A stretch of DNA of 64,000 nt, taken from an uncultured Acidobacteriota bacterium (lineage in GTDB: Bacteria > Acidobacteriota > Terriglobia > UBA7540). Below are positions 36,513 through 44,058 of this stretch, in pieces; position 1 is the first letter of the stretch, and each line of letters opens with the position of its first letter. The DNA lies in assembly GCA_963804995.1 (NCBI GenBank), contig CAWDSK010000001.1, forward strand, positions 371,305-435,304, written 5' to 3'. The translations under genes were made by a program, and so were the position numbers. The notes beneath the pieces were generated by a model. The model was not told the origin of the DNA. It saw only the letters and a program-made list of their open reading frames with translations, and searched no databases.

Positions 36513-36769
36513 CAGATCATCTCCCGGCCTACAGGCTTGTTATCGAGCCATTCCCGATCCTCTTTCGTGCGGCGAGCCTTGGAGTCGCACTGGGCGAGCA
36601 GTTCGTCCAGGGTGTAGCGGGGCCGTTTGGGCGGCTCCACCACCAACCGGCCGCGTTCGATTGCCATGCCGACCTTGGTCCCCGACCGCAAGCCCAGGAT
36701 GTCGAGCACGGCGCGCGGGACGGCCAGCATGACCGAGCCCCCGACCTTGCGCAGATGGGTTGTGTGCAT
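36512..36769 (-). CDS. mazE: Type II antitoxin, MazE/AbrB (SpoVT) fold
   Basis: MHTTHLRKVGGSVMLAVPRAVLDILGLRSGTKVGMAIERGRLVVEP. ATG 36769 has an AAGGAG SD 5 nt upstream; the ORF track starts at GTG 36775. Confidence 0.85.
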   Translation of the reverse strand: MHTTHLRKVGGSVMLAVPRAVLDILGLRSGTKVGMAIERGRLVVEPPKRPRYTLDELLAQCDSKARRTKEDREWLDNKPVGREMI

Positions 36770-36784
36770 AGCCACTCCTTTCGA

Positions 36785-36800
36785 TTATATTTCAATATAA
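36785..36800 (-). promoter_or_regulatory. Palindromic AT-rich box upstream of mazE (candidate operator overlapping the -10 region)
   Basis: ttatatt-tc-aatataa has perfect 7-bp arms and lies 16-31 nt upstream of the mazE ATG. MazE/AbrB antitoxins are known to autoregulate through palindromic operators. Confidence 0.4.
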
Positions 36801-36828
36801 CATCCTTTGTGAGGATTCTCAACACGGG

Positions 36829-36979
36829 GGAAACGGGGCCAGGTACCCTTTTCTTTTCAATAAGCGAAGCAGGCCGTACGGTTCGGAGCCCTCGGGGTCG
36901 AAGGCGGTGGCGCAGTTTGGATTGGAAAATACCATCCGCAACCCCTGCGCCCCTAAAAGGGTACCTGACACCGTTCTCC
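36829..36979. mobile_element. MITE-like repeat, family E, copy 2 (151 bp)
   Basis: ggaaacggggccaggtaccctttt...aaaagggtacctgacaccgttctcc. The interior is about 90% identical to copies 1 and 3. Confidence 0.7.
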
Positions 36980-37059
36980 CCTGCGTGTGTTTTCTGTGAT
37001 CGCTTCAAACTTTTCGAGGTTTTCTAAAGCTAGGTTGGCAGCCCCTAGTTTATCCATGC

Positions 37060-37473
37060 TCATATAGCCACGGCCCCTCCAAGCTCAAAAATCTCCAGAC
37101 GTTTCTTAGCAATCTCAACGTCTAGGTCGGCTAGCTCGCGGTTACACTCCATCATGCTCAGGGTGAAGACCGACTCGTCCGTCAGTGCCAGGTCGAGTTC
37201 CATACAGTGGTTGTGTTGCCATACTTTGGACTCACTATCCGTTACGAGCGCGGCCTTTCGCGTTTTTAGAATCTCCAGTTCGAGTTCCGCCCGTTGAGTA
37301 TTTGGCATGGTCTGCATCTCCTTTGTGATCACGAGACGGTTAGGTGGCAAAGCCTCGACAAGGACCCTATCGCCTTCAAAAATCTGTACTTCCGAAAGAA
37401 TTATCTGGGGAATTGAAATCACCATTGAACCAGCGACTTTTCGCAGCTTCACAATGTCCCGTGCCATGCACAT
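37060..37473 (-). CDS. AbrB/SpoVT-domain protein with a coiled-coil C-terminal extension (antitoxin- or regulator-like, solitary)
   Basis: [49 protein letters not shown] (swapped-hairpin AbrB fold pattern) plus about 80 aa of heptad-like sequence. It may start at ATG 37467. Confidence 0.6.
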   Translation of the reverse strand: MCMARDIVKLRKVAGSMVISIPQIILSEVQIFEGDRVLVEALPPNRLVITKEMQTMPNTQRAELELEILKTRKAALVTDSESKVWQHNHCMELDLALTDESVFTLSMMECNRELADLDVEIAKKRLEIFELGGAVAI

Positions 37474-37678
37474 ACATTAACATATATATGGCTCGACATC
37501 AAGCACTTTGTAATCAGGGGAAAAACCACCCACGCCGGGGATCCTCTAGCACGGTTTTCGGGCACTCCTCCGCGTCAGCCCCACCACCCCTTCCCCCATG
37601 GTGACCCTACTACTAAATATATATAATCCTACACTCCTGTCGCACAGCCCCCAGGCCGGGCGACTCCAAAATGCCCCG

Positions 37679-38692
37679 ATGCCCCTCAGCCGGACCGAAA
37701 GGATCGCGCTTGGAAAACAAAGGGTGAAAAACATCCTACAAAAGCACCTTGTCGCCACAATGCGGACCTTAGAGCAGAAGATCTCCGACGCAGGGCCATC
37801 AAACCAACGCATCAATCCTCACCTGCTCACCAGGGCGCTCCAAGAGCTCGAACAGGAAAAAAAGTTAGTCCGTCTTCAACGCGCTGGTGTCCCATGGTTC
37901 CACTTAGCTCAAACGAACCCGCAAGACGTAGACAGGCGGCTCCAAGTCCTAGAGCCTATTCACGCGGCTACCGTCAACGGGGAGTTCGTAAAGCGCTTGG
38001 GGCAATCACTTGAGATCGCTGTCTTTAAGGCACTCCGCGCCCAGACATCGCTCACTTTCTTTGGTGGGTTCCGAGACCTAGAGGAACACGACGACGACTC
38101 GTTATACTCGCACGATGAACCCCCTAAAACCGTAAGCGGTCACACGATGCCTGGGAAACTAGACTTCATGGTTCTGGAAGGAGGGGCAATTGGAGCAATC
38201 GAAATAAAAAATACGCGACCTTGGATTTATCCTGACACCAGCGATGACGTACTTGAGCTTCTGCGCAAGTGTTGCGCTACTGACCTCGTTCCGGTGCTGA
38301 TCGCTCGTAGGATTCACTACTCGACATTTTCCGTTCTCAGCCACTGCGGGGTTATTCTCCACCAGACCTATAACCAATTGTATCCACGATCAGACGCAGC
38401 CCTGGCTATGCAAGCGCGAGACAAGAACCTCCTTGGGTACCACGACATTCGCCTTGGGAACGAACCGGACGCCCGCCTAATTAAATTCATTCAGACTAAC
38501 CTACCTGCCCTGCTTCAGAGCTTCCGCGAACGGTTTGAACGCTTCAAGGACTTGCTGTGCGCGTACGCTCAGGGCGAGATGCGATACAAAGAATTCGCTG
38601 GCCGATCGAAGCGTAGACTTCGAGGCGAACCCGAGGACCTGCCTGAGTTCGAACCTCCAGACGAGTGGGAGATTCCAGACGATTACATGTAG
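37679..38692 (+). CDS. Hypothetical winged-helix plus PD-(D/E)xK nuclease-like protein
   Basis: Starting at ATG 37679 (the ORF track starts at 37598, which would translate the AT-rich promoter region). Motif order is E (QSLEIAVFKAL) ... D (GKLDFMVL) ... ExK (IGAIEIKN), as in restriction-endonuclease-fold enzymes. The N-terminal region is wHTH-like (LLTRALQELEQEKKLVRLQRAG). Confidence 0.55.
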   Translation: MPLSRTERIALGKQRVKNILQKHLVATMRTLEQKISDAGPSNQRINPHLLTRALQELEQEKKLVRLQRAGVPWFHLAQTNPQDVDRRLQVLEPIHAATVNGEFVKRLGQSLEIAVFKALRAQTSLTFFGGFRDLEEHDDDSLYSHDEPPKTVSGHTMPGKLDFMVLEGGAIGAIEIKNTRPWIYPDTSDDVLELLRKCCATDLVPVLIARRIHYSTFSVLSHCGVILHQTYNQLYPRSDAALAMQARDKNLLGYHDIRLGNEPDARLIKFIQTNLPALLQSFRERFERFKDLLCAYAQGEMRYKEFAGRSKRRLRGEPEDLPEFEPPDEWEIPDDYM

Positions 38693-38787
38693 AGCAAACC
38701 TCTGGCGGCGCTCCGCTGATAGGGCCGGCTGCATAAAATTCAAAGGTGGTCTAGGTCTTGCGAGAGCCCACTTCCATACCCCCGAAC

Positions 38788-38894
38788 GGCAGGCCCGGAC
38801 CCGAACCGATGCCATCACGGCAGCAGATCGACCACGCCCGGAAGCTGATCGAGGACGGCCAGCGCCGCGAGGAGGTGGCCGCACTCCTGGAGCA
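38788..38894 (+). pseudogene. Possible remnant of a serine-recombinase (resolvase/invertase) C-terminal HTH, truncated by MITE E3
   Basis: GRPGPEPMPSRQQIDHARKLIEDGQRREEVAALL resembles GRP....eqI.hAr.Li..G.s...vA.lLgvsrsTlYR. The reading frame runs directly into the MITE at 38895. Confidence 0.35.
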
Positions 38895-39040
38895 GAAACG
38901 GTGTCAGACCCTTTTCTTTTCAATAAGCGAAGCAGGCCGTACGGTTCGGAGCCCTGGGTGTCGAAGGCGGTGGCGCAGTTTGGATTGAAAAATAAGATCC
39001 GCAACCCCTGCCCCGAAAAGTGTTCCTGACACCGTTCTCC
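38895..39040. mobile_element. MITE-like repeat, family E, copy 3 (146 bp)
   Basis: gaaacggtgtcagaccctttt...gaaaagtgttcctgacaccgttctcc. Confidence 0.7.
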
Positions 39041-39115
39041 CGAGGCGAGGACGCTTGCGAACGTGTATCGAAGATTCGTAGCAAAGACCGACCGTAGGCC
39101 TGGAAAGGAGCGTGG

Positions 39116-40249
39116 ATGATGTCAAACGACTTGTTCGTGCGCCTGTCAAAATATGCTCCCAGGGCGGGGAAAAGCGCCATTGAAAATTTCTTTACGGAAC
39201 TGGTAGGCCATCTCCTAGCTCAGGAGGACGCGGCTCGCCAGGAGTTCCTCTGGTTCCTCCCGAGCAATCTAGCCGATAGTCTCCGCGATGCACAGGTCAC
39301 AACGCAATATTCAACGGAGAGCAGGAACATTGACCTCGCCCACTTGCGCCCCGACCTAGTGCTGCGCTCGGGCGGATTAGAATTGATTGTTGAGAATAAG
39401 GTGGATGACAAATTGGAGGAAAAGCAACTTCGCCAGTATCTTGACTATGCCCAGGAGCGACGCCATGCATATGTAGTGGTGGCCTCTAGAGCCCACAACC
39501 CAACCGTCGAGAAATTCCAACACAACCCTCAGTTCCCTCGGTTTGAGGGTGAGATCCTTTGGTGGCAGGTTGCCGACCGATGGAGCAAAAGAAGAACAGA
39601 CTTCTCAGATAAGTATCTTATTGAGGGTGTACTCGAATTCATGGAGGAGAATCAGATGGGAGCATTTGAACCTTTCCAACAAAAAGAAATCTCTGCGCCG
39701 AATCTGTGGCGCGCCTTCGTCAAGAAAAGAGACCAGTTACTGTCCCGTCTTAGCATGAAAATCGGACAGGCCACGTTGCTTGAGGCTTGCGGATTGCGGT
39801 CGCGGGGGGTGTACCCAGATGGCGAAACCGCAGGGGCATTGAGCCGAAAAGGGTTGGTCTGGTTCAGTCCTAGAGACGGGAATGCCGGCAAAGCTGACTT
39901 CTGGTATTCGCTCGGCTTCATATATGGTCGAGAGAAGTGGTTGCTCCCGCCTCTCGAAGAGGGCCAACCCGAGTGTATTGCTTTTGTAGGTGCTTGGCAG
40001 CCTGACAGGGTGAGGGACTTGATGGTTGAGGAGGCCAAGCGACTAAGCGCCGGCCTGAGCGCCCCGGTCTTTGAGGTCAGAGGCTCTGACGATCAGGGCG
40101 CCGTTTTCCTATTTCGCCGAAGGCACCTAAAGGATTTCTTAGATGAGACCGACCAGCCCGCAGCCATTCTCAATTTCCTTGAGGAGTCCCACAAGAAGCT
40201 TGAGGCTGTGGTGCCCAAGATTCACGAACACTACCGCCAGGGAACGTGA
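39116..40249 (+). CDS. PD-(D/E)xK nuclease family protein (PDDEXK_4-like)
   Basis: AAGGAG SD 6 nt upstream. Motifs are NFFTELVGHLL ... RPDLVLRSGGLELIVENKVDDKLEEKQLRQYLDY (PD ... ExK followed by QL.qY, as I recall for Pfam PDDEXK_4-type proteins). Confidence 0.65.
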   Translation: MMSNDLFVRLSKYAPRAGKSAIENFFTELVGHLLAQEDAARQEFLWFLPSNLADSLRDAQVTTQYSTESRNIDLAHLRPDLVLRSGGLELIVENKVDDKLEEKQLRQYLDYAQERRHAYVVVASRAHNPTVEKFQHNPQFPRFEGEILWWQVADRWSKRRTDFSDKYLIEGVLEFMEENQMGAFEPFQQKEISAPNLWRAFVKKRDQLLSRLSMKIGQATLLEACGLRSRGVYPDGETAGALSRKGLVWFSPRDGNAGKADFWYSLGFIYGREKWLLPPLEEGQPECIAFVGAWQPDRVRDLMVEEAKRLSAGLSAPVFEVRGSDDQGAVFLFRRRHLKDFLDETDQPAAILNFLEESHKKLEAVVPKIHEHYRQGT

Positions 40250-40297
40250 CCCGGCGTGAGCTGCGAACCACACTGTCGGCATACTGACCGGGGGGGG

Positions 40298-40360
40298 TAA
40301 CGGTGTCAGGGGGGGACCGAAAAGGGTACATAGCACCGTTCTCCCCTGACACCGTTCTCC
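40298..40360. mobile_element. Family E derivative: paired TIRs without the interior plus an extra right end, flanked by G8 and G7 tracts
   Basis: taacggtgtca-ggggggg-accgaaaagggtacatagcaccgttctcc-cctgacaccgttctcc. The G tracts lie at 40290-40297 and 40309-40315. Confidence 0.55.
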
Positions 40361-40388
40361 CAAGTCTTTGTGATACACTTTTGCCGCA

Positions 40389-41264
40389 ATGAGCAATCTT
40401 TCGGAAACGGTCGCCAGACTAAGGCGCGACTTGGAGACGTTGCGAAGGGGAATAAGCGATCTTCGAGATGCAATACAGGAACACGCCCGCACCATACATG
40501 ACAAGGGTGAATATGAGAACCAAAAGACCCCAGTCTCGCCACCAGCAGTTGTCAAAATAGCGTTCGATGAAGATACGGTAGCTGACTCGAAAAGAGAGAA
40601 CGAACGCCAACACCGCACTCAAAAGCAAATAAGGAACGCAACGCGAGCCGCAGTAATCGCAGCCGCCATCTATGCCCTCATATCGCTGGCCATATGGTTT
40701 CAAATGATAAAGCAGAACAAGATTTCAAGTGCTGAGCTTCGCCAGAGCACCGAATCGTTTCGCGTCGATGAGAGAGCTTGGATAGAAATTCAGCCGATTA
40801 GGCCGATTCCCAGGACTCCGGCTTCGAGTGGTTTTGGGGCAATGTTTACCTATGACATTTTCCCGAAAAACGTCGGTAAGACTCCGGCCTACGACATTGC
40901 CGTTAAGGCTGTACGCGGAGCGCCGATGTCCGGTCTTTCTTTGGGAGACAACGCCGATGAAATTATGTCTTACCAGAGAATGCTGCTGAAAAATACATTC
41001 GGAATGCCAGACGTTCTCATATCTAGAAGGGTCCCTAAAACGCTCGGTCCCGGTGAGGTTTCGAACGCCCCCTTTGATGTATATGGGCAGGAGCCGCAGA
41101 AGGGGCTCTACCAATTCCTGATCGGGCGCGTGGACTACACCGACGCGTTCCGAGTCCAACACTGGATGACATTCTGTCTGTTCATAGCCGATGGCAAGGG
41201 GGACCTTCAGTACTGTCAACAGGGTAACGACGAAGACCGAAATCCAGAGCTTCCGCCAAATTAG
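40389..41264 (+). CDS. Hypothetical single-pass membrane protein
   Basis: 291 aa with an N-terminal coiled coil (LRRDLETLRRGISDLRDAIQEH), a TM helix (AAVIAAAIYALISLAIWFQMI) and a roughly 170-aa C-terminal domain. No family recognised; no clear SD. Confidence 0.5.
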   Translation: MSNLSETVARLRRDLETLRRGISDLRDAIQEHARTIHDKGEYENQKTPVSPPAVVKIAFDEDTVADSKRENERQHRTQKQIRNATRAAVIAAAIYALISLAIWFQMIKQNKISSAELRQSTESFRVDERAWIEIQPIRPIPRTPASSGFGAMFTYDIFPKNVGKTPAYDIAVKAVRGAPMSGLSLGDNADEIMSYQRMLLKNTFGMPDVLISRRVPKTLGPGEVSNAPFDVYGQEPQKGLYQFLIGRVDYTDAFRVQHWMTFCLFIADGKGDLQYCQQGNDEDRNPELPPN

Positions 41265-41510
41265 GGCACTAACTTACTTGACTCATCCACCTCTCTGGTT
41301 ACCGATCCTCTCTTGAAAACTGTCATCCTGAGCCCGTCTTTTGGGCGAAGGACCTCGGCATTTCGCCGGAGTGGGGGAGCGGAGCGAACTACCGAGGTCC
41401 TTCACCCCGATAAAGGGCGTCGGGGTTCAGGATGACAGGTTTGGAAAATGTTGCCCAACCCTTTTTTATCCGCGGTCCCTCTGCGGGATGAGTCAAGTAA
41501 GTTAGTGCCC
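41264..41510. mobile_element. 247-bp palindromic MITE-like element with 25-bp perfect TIRs
   Basis: gggcactaacttacttgactcatcc (41264-41288) and ggatgagtcaagtaagttagtgccc (41486-41510). It is flanked by aaatta on both sides (41258-63 and 41511-16). The interior carries the tgtcatcctgagc...gaaggacctcgg / ccgaggtccttc...ggatgaca palindrome. Confidence 0.6.
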
Positions 41511-41712
41511 AAATTAGGACACTACCCGGTATTGCATTACCGAGGCATCCCCCAGCCCAAGGGCGCCCGAAATCCCCCACCCTCACGGAGTAGTTGACTT
41601 GCCAGGGGAATAAGCTTTCAATTGAGGCCAGCCGGCCGCCGTATGCGCCGCGGATCCTCCAACTTCCGGTGTTCATCGTGCGCAGAACGCCCTCCTCGCG
41701 AAAGGACAATCC

Positions 41713-43866
41713 GTGAACCCCCTGGACCCTATCCTCAAGCCCAAATCCATTGCGGTCGTCGGGACCTCCCGGAAAGAGAGATCGATTGGCCGCGAGATCT
41801 TGCATCAGCTCATCGAGTTTGACTTTCAAGGCAAGCTCTTCCCGGTTAATCCCCACGCCGAGTCTATTCATTCCATCAAAGCCTTCCCCCGGGTGTCGTC
41901 GATTCCTGACCAGGTGGATTTGGCCATCATCGTGGTGCCGCGTGCTGAGGTCATGACCGTCATCGACAACTGTGGGACGAAAGGAGTGAAAGGGCTGGTG
42001 GTCATCACCGCGGGTTTCTCCGAGACCGGCGAGGAAGGGAAGCGCTTCGAAATCGAGCTGGGTGAACGGGTGCGGCGCTACGGCATGCGGATGATCGGGC
42101 CCAACTGCATGGGGATCATCAACACCGATCCCGCCGTCCGCATGGACGCGACTTTTGCCCCCACCCTCCCCCTGACCGGGCGAATCGCTTTCATGTCGCA
42201 GAGCGGCGCGCTGGGGGTGGCCATTCTCAATATTGCGCGCCAAATGGATATCGCCTTTTCCTACTTCGTGGGGCTGGGAAACTCAACTGATGTCTCCGGC
42301 ATCGACATGCTGCTGTATTGGGAGGATGATCCCCAGACGGACTTGATCCTGATGTATCTCGAGTCGTTTGGAGACGCCAAGCGCTTCATACAGAATTGCC
42401 GGCGCGTCTCGAAGCGCAAGCCGTTGCTGGTGGTTAAGTCGGGCCGGACGGAAGCCGGCGCGCGCGCCGCCACCTCCCACACCGGGGCGCTGGCCGCGCG
42501 CCAGGGGCTGGACATCGCCACGGACGCCCTCCTTGAGCAATGCGGCGTCCTGCGTGTGAATACGGTCGAGGAATTATTCGATCTCGCGCTCACCTTCTCG
42601 AAGAATCCCCTGCCGCGCGGAAACCGGTTGGGGATTCTCACCAATGCCGGCGGCCCCGCCATCATGGCTACGGACGCCGCCATCGCCAACGGGCTCGCCA
42701 TGGCAAACTTTTCTGAGCGGACGTGCCAGGAGCTGCGGCGATTGCTTCCTCCCGAGGCGAGCATCCAGAACCCCGTGGACATGACTCCGCAATCAGACCG
42801 CCGCAAGTATGACGCCTGCGCGCGCATTCTGCTGGAAGACGATGGCATTGACATGCTGCTGGTTGTCTTCGTTCCTCCCATGATGATCAGCGCCATGGAC
42901 ATCATCCTGGGCCTGGAGGAGGTGCGTCATAAGTATCTGAAGCCTGTGGTCTCGGTCATGATGGCTCCGGAAGAATTCTTCACGGAGTTGAACCTGGACC
43001 ATCCCAACCATCTGGCGCTTTACCTTTTCCCGGAGTCGGCGGTGAATGCACTGGCGGCGCTCAACCGCTATCGCTTGTGGCGCGAACGGCCGGTGGGAGA
43101 AGTGAAGCATTTCGAGGTTCGCCGCGGGGCGGCAGAGGAACTCCTTCACGAAGCGAGCAGCCAGGGTCGAGCCCAATTGGCCGCGGAGGAGAGCCTGCGC
43201 CTGATTGGGCATTACGGAATTCCCGTGCCGGAATCCACCACGGTCGCGAACCTGGAAGAGCTTAAACGCGTCTCCCGCGGCCTTCACTACCCGGTCGTCC
43301 TCAAAGCGGTTCTGCCGGAGCTTGTCCACAAGATGGAAGCAGGAGGCGTGGTTACGGATCTGCGTGGTCCGGAGGAACTCGTGGCGGCGGCGGAAAAAAT
43401 GGCGGAGTCCGTCGCTCGCTATCAAGGGAGCACTGAGGCCGGAGAGAGGCGCCTCGGATTCCTGATTCAAGAATACGTGCGGGGCGGGCGCGAGGTCATT
43501 GTGGGCATGACGCTCGACCCGAAGTACGGGCCGCTGGTGATGTTCGGGCTGGGAGGCATTTACGTCGAAACCGTCAAAGACGTGGTCTTCCGCGTCCCGC
43601 CCCTCACCGACCTCGAGGCTAAGGATATGATCCGGCAAATTCGCGGCTATCGCTTGCTGGAGGGCGTGCGCGGCGAGGCCCCTGTGAATCTGGACGCGCT
43701 GGCGGAAATTCTGCAACGGTTCTCGCAACTCGTGGAGGAATTGCCGGAACTTGCCGAAATTGAAATCAACCCCCTGCTGGTTTTCCCGGAAGCCAAAGAG
43801 TTCCGCGCCGTCGACTCGCGGGTGCGTTTGTCGCAAACGCAGGAAATGCTGACTCGGTTTAGCTAG
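41713..43866 (+). CDS. Acetate--CoA ligase (ADP-forming) family protein, fused CoA-binding and ATP-grasp domains
   Basis: 717 aa, LKPKSIAVVGTSRKERSIGREIL...VVPRAEV...VVITAGFSETGEEG...MRMIGPNCMGIIN, with a C-terminal ATP-grasp domain. The start codon is GTG. Confidence 0.88.
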   Translation: MNPLDPILKPKSIAVVGTSRKERSIGREILHQLIEFDFQGKLFPVNPHAESIHSIKAFPRVSSIPDQVDLAIIVVPRAEVMTVIDNCGTKGVKGLVVITAGFSETGEEGKRFEIELGERVRRYGMRMIGPNCMGIINTDPAVRMDATFAPTLPLTGRIAFMSQSGALGVAILNIARQMDIAFSYFVGLGNSTDVSGIDMLLYWEDDPQTDLILMYLESFGDAKRFIQNCRRVSKRKPLLVVKSGRTEAGARAATSHTGALAARQGLDIATDALLEQCGVLRVNTVEELFDLALTFSKNPLPRGNRLGILTNAGGPAIMATDAAIANGLAMANFSERTCQELRRLLPPEASIQNPVDMTPQSDRRKYDACARILLEDDGIDMLLVVFVPPMMISAMDIILGLEEVRHKYLKPVVSVMMAPEEFFTELNLDHPNHLALYLFPESAVNALAALNRYRLWRERPVGEVKHFEVRRGAAEELLHEASSQGRAQLAAEESLRLIGHYGIPVPESTTVANLEELKRVSRGLHYPVVLKAVLPELVHKMEAGGVVTDLRGPEELVAAAEKMAESVARYQGSTEAGERRLGFLIQEYVRGGREVIVGMTLDPKYGPLVMFGLGGIYVETVKDVVFRVPPLTDLEAKDMIRQIRGYRLLEGVRGEAPVNLDALAEILQRFSQLVEELPELAEIEINPLLVFPEAKEFRAVDSRVRLSQTQEMLTRFS

Positions 43867-44058
43867 CGCTTAACCACCGGGCGAGGGGCTAAAAGGTCGG
43901 GCTCAGCTTGGCCTGTTAGTGCACTTTACTCTTGCAGGTTCGCGACTTTTTGTCATTGGTGGGACATGTCCCACTTGTTGCTCTCCGCGCGGCATAGCGC
44001 GCGAGGTCCCACTTACTTTCCCGCCTGCACGCGTTTTTTTCCTATGACTTTTGATGAG

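Noticed and set aside
37598-37678. The longer N-terminus of the wHTH/PD-(D/E)xK ORF (start at 37598, as in the ORF track).
   Set aside because: It would translate the AT-rich promoter-like box (MVTLLLNIYNPTLL...). The internal ATG 37679 precedes the first conserved-looking helix. Neither start has a clear SD, so the shorter form is preferred with moderate confidence.
36065-39180. ORFs lying in or across repeats and MITEs (for example 504..779, 560..994, 36023..36229, 36065..36427, 36529..37008, 38501..39004, 38904..39149, 38920..39180, 48561..48902, 5147..5365, 26636..26887 and 34162..34350).
   Set aside because: Their peptide sequences recur wherever the repeat recurs (for example RRGGAPSAGVV, LCRRGDRG, PFWGARG). 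They are translations of repeated DNA rather than genes.
36037-40360. Family E repeats as integron attC sites (a CALIN-type cassette array).
   Set aside because: The ends keep only AAC...GTT and not the RYYYAAC / GTTRRRY cores. The 100-nt interior is not self-complementary, unlike attC bottom-strand hairpins. The units are longer (146-151 bp) than most attC sites, gene orientations are mixed, and no intI gene is in the window. The cassette-like layout is kept as an observation, not as an integron call.
43959-43974. The hairpin gtgggacatgtcccac between the convergent acetyl-CoA synthetase and permease genes as a bidirectional terminator.
   Set aside because: The stem is only 6-7 bp. The plus strand has a weak T-run (ttgttg) and the minus strand has none. 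The evidence is too weak to annotate.
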